Source: Octopus vulgaris (lineage: Eukaryota). From it: a stretch of DNA of 64,000 nucleotides. Below the pieces are notes generated by a model. The model did no database searches, was not told the DNA's origin, and saw only the letters and a program-made list of their open reading frames with translations. Numbering within the stretch: the stretch's first letter is position 1; each line of letters begins with the position of its first letter. The stretch lies in NCBI GenBank assembly GCA_951406725.2, contig OX597829.1, positions 23,002,001 to 23,066,000 on the forward strand, given 5' to 3'. Of the stretch, positions 41,032 to 54,493 are shown piece after piece. The position numbers were made by a program, and so were the translations under genes.

Positions 41032-41349
41032 CCATACTAATATGGCATTCTTATAAAAATAAGAATAAAGCTGTCCGCTTATTAGCTCCATGAGGCCATC
41101 GCCTTAAGTTAGCTATTTGATACACAAACTGTATCCATATAACCTTCGAACAAGGGAGGTCAGTCGCTCCACACTACTTGACCGGCAGCTGCAGACGCGT
41201 TTCGGGGTATTGCCCCTTTTCAATGCAGCGTAGCCAGACCAGTAGGTGTCGCTTCTGACAATCTCTGTTCGAAGGTTTTATTTACCTAGCTTCGGTGGAA
41301 TACATCCACTTGTTTTCAATAATAGAAATATTAAAATTACTAAGTCTCT
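41032..41349 (-). mobile_element. Short hammerhead-bearing insertion (Penelope/retrozyme-like)
   Basis: Flanked by 43-bp direct repeats at 40989-41031 and 41350-41392 (one mismatch). No ORF. Confidence 0.75.
41188..41229 (-). ncRNA. Minimal type I hammerhead ribozyme, U3-A8 core variant
   Basis: GCUGCA-UUGAAAA-GGGG(caaua)CCCC-GAA-ACGCGU-C-UGCAGC. Perfect stems I and II, GUC cleavage triplet. Confidence 0.8.
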
Positions 41350-41359
41350 TAATAATAAT

Positions 41360-41780
41360 CTTTTCTACTAAAGATACAGAGCCCATAATTTGGTTGGGTC
41401 AGAGCTAGTCGATTACATCTACCACAGTGTTTCACTGGTACTTAATTTATCGATCCCGAAATTTGAACCCAGACCGTGAAGACAAACGATATGCCGCAAA
41501 TCATTTCTCCTGGCGTGTTAACGATTCTACCAGCTCGCCGCCTTAATAAAAATAATAACAATCCTTTCTACAATAGGCAAAGGGCCTGAAATTTAGGGGG
41601 GGGGGGGGGGGAATAGTCGATTACATCGACTCTAGCATGCAACTGGTACTTATTTTCATAACCCTGAAACGATGGAAGGCAAAGCCGACCTCTGTGGAAT
41701 TTGAACACAAACGTGAAGATGGACAAAATGCAGCTAAGCATTATACCTGACTCGCTAAACGATTTTGACAGTTCACCACC
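41360..41780 (-). mobile_element. Two diverged SINE family A copies
   Basis: 41360-41542 and 41563-41780 match the family with the alternative tail. Confidence 0.8.
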
Positions 41781-41782
41781 TA

Positions 41783-42300
41783 AGTACCAGACAGTGGCTC
41801 TCATGGTTTCTGATCTTAAATGATTGGAAGTGTTATCATGTACATTGTTTTGTCTTGGTTTAAAAGAAGGGCTACAGCAAATATTCTGCTCAATACTACA
41901 GATTTGCTTGTCAGTTGTTTGACCGTAACCAGTTGAGCATGTCCCTTAGTGGCTGACGATATGTGCATCTCTGATCACGAGCAGAAGCAGTGGGGGAGCA
42001 CCATAGCCATGTGTTGAAAGGAATTCTTAGAGGTTTGGATAATTCACCTTTGGAAACACGGGTGGTTCGTTCGACATCCTTAAACCTTTTGAGCGGGATG
42101 AGCTACTCGACCAGAAGGAAACTTTAACTGGGCCTCACCTGCGCTGTTTATGTTGATATAAGATCATCCATGTCGTGCACATATGGTTGTGATGCATGTG
42201 CCTGGTGTACCCTTAACAGACGGGTAGTCATGATGCGTATATTGGGCTTCGTATATTTGTACTCCCAGTGTCACTTTGATGGCATGCACTGCTCTCACTC
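41783..42300 (+). mobile_element. ~555-bp (AAT)n-associated element, copy 2
   Basis: Colinear with 427-983; 3' end abuts (AAT)n. Confidence 0.85.
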
Positions 42301-42413
<113 letters not shown>

Positions 42414-42435
42414 CAACAACAATAATAATAATAAT

Positions 42436-45034
42436 TGGGCACAGAGCAGGAAGTATAAAATATTGAAAGAACGGGCCTGAAAGTGGTAATGGAGGAGCTG
42501 AAACAGCGCCTCATTTCAAAAAAAGCAAAGATGGTAAGATACGACCAAAGAATGAAGGGATACTAGCAGAACAGGTTATTCAGTGTAGATCAGAAGAGAT
42601 TCTACAAAGCAATAAATGGAGGGTGTACCGATGAATAGTTGATACCAGATAATATTGAAAGTCAAAGGTTTTGGAGTGACATCTGGAGCAAAGACAAGGT
42701 GCACAAAAAGGATGCTGAATGGTTGCAAGAACTGAAACAAATAGTAGTTTGTCCAAAACAAGCAGAACTAGTCATTTCAGTTAAGGAAGTGAAGGAAATC
42801 AGCAAAAAAAAAAAAAGGGCAACTAGAAGGCCCCGGAACCAGATGGAGTTCAAGGCTACTGGATCAAAAGATTTGGTGAATGTCATGCACGAATAGTTGC
42901 ACAACTCAACACCTTGTTAAATGCCAACCAAGTAACACCAGAGTGGTTTACAAAGGATTGGACAGTGCTGTGCTTGAAAAACATCGAAAAAGGCAATACG
43001 GTAGAAACTTACAGGCCGATATCCTGCTTGCCACTTATGCGGAAATTATTGACTGGAACAGTCGCAGAGTAAATGTACGGACATCTGGAAAAAATGGAGC
43101 ACTCCCACATGAGCAGAAAGGTTGCAAGCGTAAGTGCAGAGGTAACAAGGATCAACACCTGGTAGACAAAGCTGTACTTAGAGACTGCAAGAGGAGGAAA
43201 ACTAACTTAGCCATGGCGTCGATTATCGTAAGGCGTACGATATGATCCCACATTCTTGAATTATGGAATTGCATTGCATCGAATGTTGAATGCTTGGAAA
43301 AAGTATGGCGCAGTAGAGGACGGAACTGACAGCATATGGAAGATGTTTAGGGACAATAGAAATCAGGAGAGACATCTTCCCGGGGGACTGCCCTTCCCCA
43401 CTGATCTTTGTACCACTAAAACTGATTCTGAGGAAAGCAAAAGCTGGGTATGTATTCAAAAGCCGCCAACAAAAAGTCAACCACTTATTATTCATGGATT
43501 ACCTCAAACTTTATGATAAAGATGAATCCAGAATCAGTTCCCTCGTTGATACAGTGTATACTTTCAGTGCTGATATCAGAATGGAGTTCGGACTGAAAAA
43601 GCGTGGTGTGTTAGTCTTGAAGAGCGGCAACAATAAATGTATGGACGGGCTAGCGATACAGTCGATGGGGGTTATGAAGCAGATAGAAGAGACAGGCTAT
43701 AAGTGTTTGGGGATATTGGAAATGCATAAATTGATGGAGAAATAAATGATAGAAAAATATAAGGCGGAGTACTTGTGCAGACTGATCCTTAAGTCGAAAT
43801 TAAACAGACTAAACAAGATTGAAGCTATTAAACACCTGGGCGGTTTCACTCCTTAGATATGGAGCAGGGGTAATCGCATGGACAGTAGACGAACTAAACA
43901 GCTTAGACAGAAAGAAGTTGCTGACTAGATATGGGATACTCCACCCCAAAAGTGACAGTCATATTGTATGTACCAAGAAAAAGAAGGGGAAGAGGAATGA
44001 CTGAATGCAAACACAGCATTAGAGCAGAAGAAAACAACATAGCATGGTATGTAAAAAAATGCCACAGAACCACTATTATTGGAAGTAAGAAGGTCAGACT
44101 TGTGATGGATGGAAGATTGCAAAGATAAAGCACTGAGCAAGCACTTGAGAATAGATGAAACTGAAAATAGGTGGATAAATAAAAGAATGCGTAGACAATT
44201 TCATAGGGATGTTGAACATATGACAGACAGAGAAAAAAAGATGGCTATGAATGTGATTTAAAACCGGAAACGGAAGCTCTAATCTTTGCTGCCCAAGAGC
44301 AAGCATTAAGAAGCAATTATATCAAATTCATCGAAATCTGTGCTCCCCAAGAGCAAGCATTAAGAAGCAATTACATAAAATACAGAATAGACAACACACC
44401 AGAAAGTGATAAGTGCAGAATTTGTTGACAAAATGGTGAAACCATGTGGCATATTACCAGTCAATGTATGCCACTATCTCAAAAGGAACATAAGAGACGT
44501 CATGATAATATAGCAAGGCTTGTCCATTGGACACTTTGCAACAAGTATGGACTTGATAGAGCAAAATGATGATACGAACATAAATCGAAGACATCATCTA
44601 AAATGATAATGCAAAGATCCTATGAGATTTTATGATTCGGTGCGACCATAAGATAGAGAATAGGAAGCCAGACATAGTGTTAAGTGAGAAAGAAAGGAAA
44701 CTATGCTGGATTATATATATAGTATGCCCAGCTGACAACAAGGTATGCAATAAGGAAGAAAGAAAAGTTGAGAGATATGACATGTTAGCTTGGGAGGTTA
44801 AGCAGTTGTGGTCGATGAAAAAGATGGTAGTAGTACCAATAATTGTCGGAGCCCTGGGGACAGTGAGCAAAAATCTCGAGAAGTACGTGGAACAAATAGG
44901 GGTTGCAACAAGGGTGGAGCACTTGCAGAATACTCCGGATGGTGCTCGAAAAATAAGGAGTGTTACCTTAGTTTTCTGGTAGTGAAAAGCTGGCACCGTA
45001 GTACATCTCTAATGTTAGAAGCTGTGCAAAGACG
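42436..45034 (+). mobile_element. R4/Dong LINE, second subfamily, heavily decayed
   Basis: [44 protein letters not shown] and VPIIVGALG motifs. (AAT)n at both ends. Confidence 0.93.
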
Positions 45035-45116
<82 letters not shown>

Positions 45117-45117
<1 letters not shown>

Positions 45118-45300
45118 CCTGTCTTCTAAAGGCACAAGACCTGAAATATGGGGGTAGGGGACTAGTTGATTACATCGACCCCAGTACGCAACTGGTACTT
45201 AATGTATCGACCCCGAAAGAATGAAAGTAAAGTCAACCTCAGCGGAATTTGAACTCAGAACGTAGCAACAGGCGAAATACCGCTAAACATTTCAACTAGC
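45117..45300 (-). mobile_element. SINE family A
   Basis: Homology to the family. Confidence 0.8.
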
Positions 45301-45307
45301 GTGTGCC

Positions 45308-45838
45308 AGAAATGGAGATTTGAAGCTGGAAACACATGGTGCAATCATCGAGTGGAAAGAGTACTGGAGTCGGAGAAATGTAAGACTTTGTGGGACTTCC
45401 CTATTCAAGGGCATAAGTAATTATAAAAATAACAGACCAGATATAACGATTGTATATAAGGAAAAGCGAAGTTGCTTACTTATTGACCCATCATGCCCGT
45501 TTGATTCCAGGAAGGTAAAGAAGAAAAAAATACAATTCATTAAAGTTTGAAATAAGAAGAATTTGGTACACGCGAACAGTAAAGGTTGGGCCTATAATAA
45601 CTGATGCGTTGGGAACAGTAAGCCAAAATATATAGACAAATGGCCGAAGGAAATTGAAATAGAGTGCCCTGTAGAGTACCGATAGAAAGTCTGTCTCTTA
45701 GGGACAGCAAGGATTATCAAGAGGGTTTTAAGCACTTGAAAGATTGCTGAAAACTTGTGGATGCCTAAGGTTACAGGAATAACCCGTTACCCTCCTAATT
45801 TCTACCAAGAATAAAACCGAACTTGAGCCAAACCAAAA
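45308..45838 (+). mobile_element. R4/Dong 3' fragment, another subfamily
   Basis: LWDFPIQ..NNRPDITIVYKEKRSCLLIDPSCPFD; ends in AATAAT. Confidence 0.75.
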
Positions 45839-45853
45839 TAATAATGATAATAA

Positions 45854-46290
45854 AGGCGCAGGAGTGGCTGTGTGGTAAGTAACTTGCTTACCAACCCACA
45901 TGGTACTGGGTTCATTCCCACTGCGTGGCACCTTGGGTAAAGTGTCTTCTACTATAGCCTCGGGCCGACCAAAGCCTTGTGAGTGGATTTGGTAGATGGA
46001 AACTGAAAGAAGCCCGTCGTATATATGTATATATATATATGCATGCGTGTGTATATGTGTGTGTGTCTGTGTTTGTCTCCCCAACATCGCTTTACAACCG
46101 ATGCTGGTGTGTTTACGTCCCCGTAACTTAGCGGTTCGGCAAAAGAGACCGATAGAATAAGTACTGGGCTTACAAACGAATAAGTCCCGGGGTCGATTTG
46201 CTCGACTAAAGGCTTTGCTCCAGCATGGCCAAAGTCAAATGACTGAAACAAGTAAAAGAGTAAAAGAGAGTCAAAGAGAGTAAAAGAGTA
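45854..46290 (+). mobile_element. SINE family B, full length
   Basis: Complete head to tail. Confidence 0.92.
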
Positions 46291-46294
46291 ATAA

Positions 46295-46912
46295 CGTTTT
46301 CTTTATTAACCACAAATGATTAACAGAAAGACCAAGGATATGAAATGGTGAGGAATTACATGAAAGCGTGAAATAATAAAAACAAAATAATAAAAACAAA
46401 ATTCGTTCGTGGCAGTTCGACATCAGTCAGCAATTCTCCGGCACTAGACGCGTGCGAAACAGTTTCGTCACTCTGCGCACATTTCGTGTAGGCCTGCCTG
46501 ATGGCTCTACTCAGTGACTGTAGTTTTTTATCTTAAACCAGCAATGCCCTTCAGTAGCATTGCATAGGGCGCAGATTTCTGGAAATTATCCGAGAGCCTG
46601 CTCGAAAGTCCAGCAGGACAGACCAACCAGTTGATACTCGTCGATGCTCAGTCTTCTCGAAAACGTCATCATACTTGCGTGCCACTAAATCTCTGTGAAA
46701 CGCCGACTGCTGTGCCCGACTGACAGAGAGTGTGAATACCTAATGGCACTGAAATTGCCAGGCACCCTACCTCGGTTTACGCTTGATCCAATTCAGTCAA
46801 AGAGACTAGCTGCGGATAAGCGGGTCTGACAAAAGGCGAACACACAAGCTAACCGTGGAGGAAACGCGGGAGATGTCACTGCCTCAATGCATGTCTGCAC
46901 ATCATCGGCTAC
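46295..46912 (-). mobile_element. Old Tx1-clade 3' fragment
   Basis: DNFQKS..QCY.RAL..CTKCAQSDETVSHA parallels ORF 18167-18688. Ends AATAAAGAAA. Confidence 0.7.
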
Positions 46913-46962
46913 ACATTTGTGTATTTGTGTGCGCGTGTGTGTGTGTGTTTGTGTGTGTATGT

Positions 46963-47026
<64 letters not shown>

Positions 47027-47049
47027 ATAAATGTTTGTGTATATGTATG

Positions 47050-47102
<53 letters not shown>

Positions 47103-47249
47103 CATACATATATACAAACATTTATACACACATATATATATATATATACACAAATATATATGCACACAAACATACAAACATGCATGCACACGTACACACA
47201 TACATACACAGACACAGTATATACACACATGCTTGCATATGCAGGAGAC

Positions 47250-48672
47250 AAATAACAGTCAATGCAACTGGAACCATTACAACATTAGAAATTTGCAAGA
47301 CTGTCACCGTACTTAATATGAACATATCTTTGAGTTAGAGCACGACTGTGTTCTGGTAAACCACACTCCACCCTGGAAGACGTATGGACTACAATTTTGG
47401 CAGTCATCACAGTTTACAAATGATTGGGCCTGCCAATTAAAACTCATAACTGAGGTCATGTCTTCATCACCTTCTGACTTTAACATTTCCTCAATACAAC
47501 AGCACAACCATTCACACTTTCCCAAGTCTGATAGATACCTTGACAGCACCATTTCCAATGACTGCCCACTTGATTCTTTCTAAACAGCTGTTTCATACCA
47601 GAACTGTCTTTTACTGGACATCCACCATGGGTGCCCAGAAACAGACCAAGTGCAGCCAATACTACAGGGCACTGGAGGTCTTTAACATCCAGTGTTTCTA
47701 GAAGATTCTTTTTGTCACTTGACAAGATAGGGTTATGTTGTGTGGACGCCCCCAGACGATGAAGTAGGCTAGCCCAATACATAGATATAGAGGGAGAAGT
47801 CTAGACGTCAGGAGTTGAGTAGAGGTCATTGGAATGTGCAATATAACAGTGGCAACGAGGATTTCGTAGCACACACAGCCACTGTGTAGTATTGTGATAT
47901 AACAGGTTACATACCTATAAACCTTCTGTTAAAACTAACACCTGCAGTATTGTACAGGCATCAACTAAAATGGTTTGATGATGTAGTGTGCAGGTGTGAC
48001 TCATGTCTTTTCTCTATGAACCACTACGGCTAGCTACACTGTGATCAAAACCTGACTGAAGGACTTTAAAAATAGTTCCAGTACATACTGTTTGATACCT
48101 TTCTCACTGGCGACCTCATTATTACTGATTATAAATAACTACATCTGTCAATTGAACATCACAAAATTGAAATCATCTTCATCACCTTCTCACTTTAACA
48201 TTTCCTCAATACAACAGCACAACCATTCACACTCTCCCAAGTCTGATAGATACCTTGGCAGCACCATTTCCAATGACTGCCCACTTGATTCTTTCTAAAC
48301 ACTGTACAGGCATCAACTAAAACAGTTTGGTCATCTAATCTGCATCAGTGATTCAAGTCTCCTCTGTATGAATCACAATGGCTAGCTACACTGCGATTGA
48401 TATCTTACAGTGTTCTGTTGTATAGGCGCACTTGCTTTGTGTCTGGGCACCCATGGTGGATACCCAGTAAAAGACATCTTTAGTATGGGAAATCTGCTTA
48501 GAAAGAATAAAATGTGTAGTCATTGGAAATGTGCTGCCAAAGTTCTCTTTTACTGGACATCCACCATGGGTGTCCAGACACAGAGCAAGTGCAGCCAATA
48601 AACAGGACACTGTAAGTCTTTAAACTCCACTGCCTCCAGAAGATTCTTTTAGTCACTTGACAAGATAGGATT
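47250..48672. mobile_element. Shuffled RTE-like relic with direct and inverted internal duplications
   Basis: YLGSTISNDC.LD and RHQLKWF motifs. Blocks 47460-47585 = 48175-48300 and 47605-47735 = 48545-48672; 48408-48540 is inverted. Confidence 0.6.
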
Positions 48673-49296
48673 ACATATAGAGAAAGTGGAAGTGAACATT
48701 GTGGCCTCTGTCAAGGCATGGTAATTTAGTTTTTTTTATGACTTGTTAAAAAGAAGTGAGATAATACCAATTAGTATTTTCACTATCTCGAAGACTAATT
48801 GGGAAAACATGTAGTGAAGAACCAAACTTTAGTGCTAAGTGCACTAAAGTACTCAACTTCTGTTGTTGAGCCTTGCAATGAATATAATCAGTCACCTGAT
48901 TTAATGACTGATATTTTTGATGAGGATCCATGAAATTAATGTTTACAAAATTACACATGCAATACTAAAGTCACTCCAAGCTTCTTCTACAGCATAATTT
49001 GCTTAAGGTGAATTGAAGGGATGGCGGAAACTGAAAGCATTTTCTATTAGTGGTTAACAATGGATAAATAAATATTTCATGAATTTAATTTTGGGTTTGG
49101 ACAATCAAAGAATAGATATCAAAATGTTATAACTTCCTTAACAAAGGAGATTTTATCGAATAATAACCCAAATTGTTTTGCTTAGAAGGTATGTTAGCAT
49201 TGGGATAACTGTAATTTTTTTTTTTTTGTTTGGGAGGTCATATTTAAAAAAGAGATTTCAACCTCGATATTGGATTTAAAAACTTATAGCATAGAG

Positions 49297-49852
49297 CAGT
49301 GGTTTTTAACTGGGGGGTTCATTAAAAATTTTGTTGTTAAAAATCATGCTCACAAATCAGTTATACTTTTACAACACATAAAATATTTCAACAATTTTTT
49401 TTTTATATAATTCTTAATAATATTTAGTCATAAAAATATAATGGGATTTTTAAAAAACTTCATATGGCTATGAGGGTCCTGTTGTGTAAAACAGAAATGA
49501 AAGGATTCCACAGGCGAAAAATGGTTGACTATGGTTTAAAGATTTTGTGCTTTATTTAATCTGTCAGTCTAGATCAGTGATTCTCAACATGGGGTCCACA
49601 TAAGATTTAGGTGTTAAAATAAATCAGTTATACTTTTACAATACACAAAACATTTTAACAATTTTTTATACAACGGTGGCGCCCCAGCTTGATTGCAGCT
49701 TTAAAGCTGAATCAATTTAAAGAATTAAAGAATTAAAGAAATTCCTAATAATATTCAATTATAAAAATATAATAGTAATTTTTAAAAGTAACTATAAGGG
49801 TCCAGTTGAGTAAAATAGGCAAAATAAAAAGAAAGTGATTGAAAATGACTTT
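49297..49852. mobile_element. Two tandem Charlie/hAT-like MITEs
   Basis: Start CAGTGGTTTTTAAC and CAGTGATTCTCAAC; both contain AAATCAGTTATACTTTTACAA. Confidence 0.7.
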
Positions 49853-50277
49853 ATTGGATAATAATGGTTGATTTTCAAAATTTCGCATGATCTGAATTGA
49901 AACCAATAATTATTGGTGGAGGACATCCGCAGGATAATTTGAAAAAGTCAATGGACAACTCAGGACTAAATCATGTTTCATGAATTTTTGGGTACATTAA
50001 TTCTGTATTCAAAACATACTGTTGTATGAAATTTTTTTTTTTTTTTTTGTAATCTTTCCTCTCTCTATCCATGATATAAGGACTAGTTACATTCATGGAA
50101 AGAACAAAAAGAAAAGAAAAAAAGAAAGAAAAAAGACATTCTGTTGTAACAGAAGGCTGGATAAAAATTGGCCGTTTCCCAAGCAATAAGAAACTTGACT
50201 TTGACAGCTATAATGAAAGTGATTCTTAGCAACGATGATACTGTCTGTAAGTTATGAGAATACAGTTTAACTTTATA

Positions 50278-51113
50278 GGTGCAGGAATGGCTGTGTGGTA
50301 AGTAGCTTGCTTACCAACCACATAATTCCGGGTTCAGTCCCACTGCGAGGCACCTTGGGCAAGTGTCTTCTACTGTAGCCTCAGGCTGACCAAAGCCTTG
50401 TGAGTGGATTTGGTAGACGGAAACTGAAAGAATCCCATCGTGTATATATATATATGGTTGTATGTATATGTTTGTGTGTCTGTGTTTGTCACCATCACCA
50501 TCACTTGACAACCGAAGCTGGTGTGTTTACGTTCCTGTCACTTAGTGGTTCAGCAAAAGAGACCAATAGAATAAGTACTAGGCTTCCAAAGAATAAGTCC
50601 TGGGGTCGATTTGCTCGACTAAAGGCAGTGCTCCAGCATGGCCGCAGTCAAATGACTGAAACAAATAAAAGAATAACTTTGATAATATTACTTACCAGCT
50701 ATGATAATAATGTTTATTAACTATGAAAATGCAATTTATTAGCTACAGTGATACTGTTTAGTAGTTATGCCGGTACTGTTTATTAACAATGTTTATTAGC
50801 TAGAATTTTTCTTTTATTCTTTTACTTGTATTCAGTCATGTAACTGCAACCATGCTGGAGCACCAGCTTAATAGGTTTTAGTCGAACAAATTGACACCAG
50901 GACATACTTTGTAAGCCTAGAACTTATTCTATCAGTCTCTTTTGCTGAACTGCTAACACACCAAGGCTTCTTTCAGTTTCTGACTTCCAAATCCACTCAC
51001 AAGGTTTTGGACAGCTCAAGGTTATAGTAAAAAACACTTGCCCAAGGTGCCACGCAGCGGGGACTGAACCTAGAACCATGTGGTTGAGAAACAAACTCCT
51101 TACCACACAGCCA
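50278..51113. mobile_element. Tail-to-tail pair of SINE family B copies (50278-50673 +, 50810-51113 -)
   Basis: Homology to the family in opposite orientations. Confidence 0.85.
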
Positions 51114-51161
51114 TGTCTGATGGGTTTTTTTTTTAATGCTATGGTGATATACCATCACAGT

Positions 51162-51551
51162 GGAGGCGCAATGGCCCAGTGGTTAGGGCAGCGGACTCGC
51201 GGTCGGAGGATCGCAGTTTCGATTCTCAGACCGGGCATTGTGAGTGTTTATTGAGCGAAAACACCTAAAGCTCCACGAGGCTCACCAGGGGGTGGTGGTG
51301 AACCCTGCTGTACTCTTTCACCACAACTTTCTCTCGCTCTTTCTTCCTGTTTCTCTTGTACCTGTATTTCAAAGGGCCAGCCTTGTCACACTCTGTGTCA
51401 CGCTGAATCTCCTCGAGAACTACGTTAAGGGTACACGTGTCTGTGGAGTGCTCAGCCACTTGCACGTTAATATCACGAGCAAGCTGTTCCGTGATCATAT
51501 CAGCTGGGACCCTCATCGTCGCAACCGATGGAGTGCTCCTATATAAAAAAA
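51162..51551 (+). mobile_element. tRNA-derived SINE with 11-bp TSD
   Basis: GGAGGCGCAATGGCCCAGTGGTTAGGGC..GTTTCGATTC head; ATACCATCACA on both sides. Its 3' part recurs at ~7700-7815. Confidence 0.85.
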
Positions 51552-51839
51552 ATACCATCACAATAATAATGAGATGAAACAGTATTGTTTAAGAAGATAT
51601 GAGGTTACAGAAAAATAAAGCTTTTGCCAGGATCACCTCTTTATCTGATGAAATATTTAGTTAGCCTGAAAATTATATCCATGGCATTCTAATCCAGCCA
51701 CATATTCAAGCAAACACACACACGTCCATACACACACACACACATACACACACACACACATATACATACACACACATACACACATACACATGTTCGTTTG
51801 TAATCACATTCTGAAATGAAAAAAAAAAAAAAATAAAAG

Positions 51840-52193
51840 GTAACGGAGGGGCAGTGCGTAGCCTGCGCGCGCATAAGGAGTAAATAAAATAAATTTTATA
51901 AATATATTCTCAGACGAATTCATATTTCAACAAAATGAAACCTAGAGTTATTTCCCCCAGCTTATCGTTTATTCTTATGTAGCGAAGAAACAAAACATTT
52001 TGATTCACTTTTCCGCCTGTTTTGACTATAATCAAACCAAAATTAAATGAGTTCGAGCCACTCACCCAATAAGTGAGTATTTCTGCCAAATTTGGTGAAA
52101 ATCCGTTCAGCCATTTTCCAGTAATTTTGCAAACACACAGACAAATACGAGCGACTACAATAGCGTGCTTTCGCTTCCGCGCGCAGGGTAATT
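51840..52193. mobile_element. Helentron/DINE-like non-autonomous element
   Basis: Subterminal IRs CCTGCGCGCG / CGCGCGCAGG and core CCAAATTTGGTGAAAATCCGTTCAGC. Confidence 0.5.
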
Positions 52194-52316
52194 ATCAGAC
52201 TCATTTGAAACAGTATTAAGTTACACTAAAATCACTTAAAATATACACTTATATGTATGCATTGGAGATGTTAGACTTACGGTTACATTTTCTCTTGTAG
52301 TAATAGTTTGTGCGTT

Positions 52317-52371
<55 letters not shown>

Positions 52372-52486
52372 ATATCAAATTAGAGACAAAACCACTACTA
52401 TGCAAATCAAACAAAGAAAGACTTAAGCCAATACATAATTAAATCTGATTTTTCCTTGTAAATTTGGATTTATTCCCTATTATTAT

Positions 52487-52521
<35 letters not shown>

Positions 52522-52522
52522 G

Positions 52523-52559
52523 AGATACAGAGAAGTTCAACTCAGGCAGACTACGATTG

Positions 52560-52596
<37 letters not shown>

Positions 52597-53137
52597 AGAA
52601 TTGTCTAAAACATATATTACTACATTCAGAATATAAAGATATAGAAATATATATGAATGTTAAAAATATGCAAGGACAAACCAGTTAATACATTTCTGGC
52701 GCAAACGCTATTCTTTTCCCCTGACAATGGGGGGGGGGGGGTGCATTCTTTGGAAGTGAATCATGAGATTCACATGTACTCTTTGAATAAACTCTAGAAA
52801 CGATCGTCGGAATACTTCATTTCCTTTGAATATGGTACCAAAAACTCTTTTTAAACATCCAATACTCCTTCCATTCCATAATTTCTTGAGAATTTTTTAA
52901 AGAAATGTTTTTCATTATTTCATTATTCTTATCTATATTTTTATCTTTACTCTATTGTATTTGTATATCTACGTATTTATTTGTTCTTGCATATTTTTAA
53001 CATTCATATATTTTTATATTTCTATATATGTATATTCTGAATGTGTTAATATATGTTTTACTCAATTCTCTCATTTTAAACCCGTGTATGTATACATCAA
53101 TTGTAGTCTGCCTGAGTTGAACCTCTTCTCTGTATCT
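52523..53137 (+). mobile_element. Foldback element: ~160-bp inverted arms around a degenerate hammerhead (Penelope-like)
   Basis: 52523-52680 is the reverse complement of ~52980-53137. Centre reads CTGACAA..GAAACGATCGTC. Confidence 0.65.
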
Positions 53138-53975
53138 ATTGTACTTGTCTAGCGTCTTGGGTTCGACTCGAGCACTTCCATGCTTTCTTTGCTTTTCTAA
53201 AGAAATTTATAATATATATATATATCTCCTTAAAAGCTAGCTCCTGTGGAGGGCTCTGCTTTGGGCCTTGAGCCCAACAAAAACACTTCATGCATTGAGT
53301 ACATATATCAAATTTTATCAAACTTGACCAATATTTTTCAAGCAATGAACAATTTTCATCAAAACAATGATGGAACCTATTGCAAAGCTACATGATAAAC
53401 AATTTTTGTCTTCCCATTTAGGGGTCAGTACAATTTTTTTTCTGTCTAACCTCTTTCTTTCTCTCTCTCTCTCTTTCTGTTGATTGTTTTCAACCATCAT
53501 CATTACCAGTGCTACTACCATCGCCACCACAACTGCCATACACGCACCATTTAGACTTCTGATGCCACCACCATCAACATCTTTGAGTTCGGCGCCTTCC
53601 CCTCCATCACCACCATTACTGTCTTTCACATCGTTTACTATCACCTTCATCCCTGACTGTTTCGGTTACCACCACCACCACCACCACCACCACTACCATC
53701 ATCACTGTCACCTCTGCCTCTATCACAACTACAGCTCATACTATTACTATCACCCATTACTATCACAACCGTCAATCTACTACCGCCCTCACCATCTCTA
53801 TACCTATTATTACTCTCACCCCAGCAGGTGGAATAGTAGAAGTGTCATTGAATAGTAAGAGGGTGGGGGTCATTATTATATAGATATATGTACAGAGTAT
53901 TAGAAGTGGTCAGCCTATAAACTTTTGCGTCGACCCTCGCTAGTTGCCTTTCTCTAAGTTCTTGTTGAGATCGAT

Positions 53976-54493
53976 ACTCTTTTATTCTTTTACTTGTTTC
54001 AGTCATTTGACTGCGGCCATGCTGGAGCACCGCCTTTTAGTCGAGCAAATCGACCCGGGACTTATTCTTTTGTAAGCCCAGTACTTATTCTATCGGTCTC
54101 TTTTACTTGTTTCAGTCATTTGACTGAGGCCATGCTGGAGCACCGCCTTTTAGTCGAGCAAATCGACCCGGGACTTATTCTTTTGTAAGCCCAGTACTTA
54201 TTCTATTGGTCTCTTTTGCCAAACCGCTAAGTGACGGGGACGAAAACACACCAGCATCGGTTGTCAAGCAATGCTAGGGGGACAAACACAGACATACAAA
54301 CATACACACACACACATATATATATACATATATACGACAGGCTTCTTTCAGTTTCCGTCTACCAAATCCACTCACAAGGCATTGGTCGGCCCGGGGCTAT
54401 AACAGAAGACACTTGCCCAAGATGCCACGCAGTGGGACTGAACCCGCAACCATGTGGTTGGTTAGCAAGCTACTTACCACACAGCCACTCCTA
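53976..54493 (-). mobile_element. SINE family B with duplicated ~113-bp 3' module
   Basis: TTTTACTTGTTTCAGTCATTTGACTG..TTATTCTAT.GGTCTC occurs twice in tandem. Confidence 0.9.

Noticed and set aside
51162-51235. tRNA gene
   Set aside because: The tRNA-like head continues into a SINE body with a TSD and lacks a proper acceptor stem.
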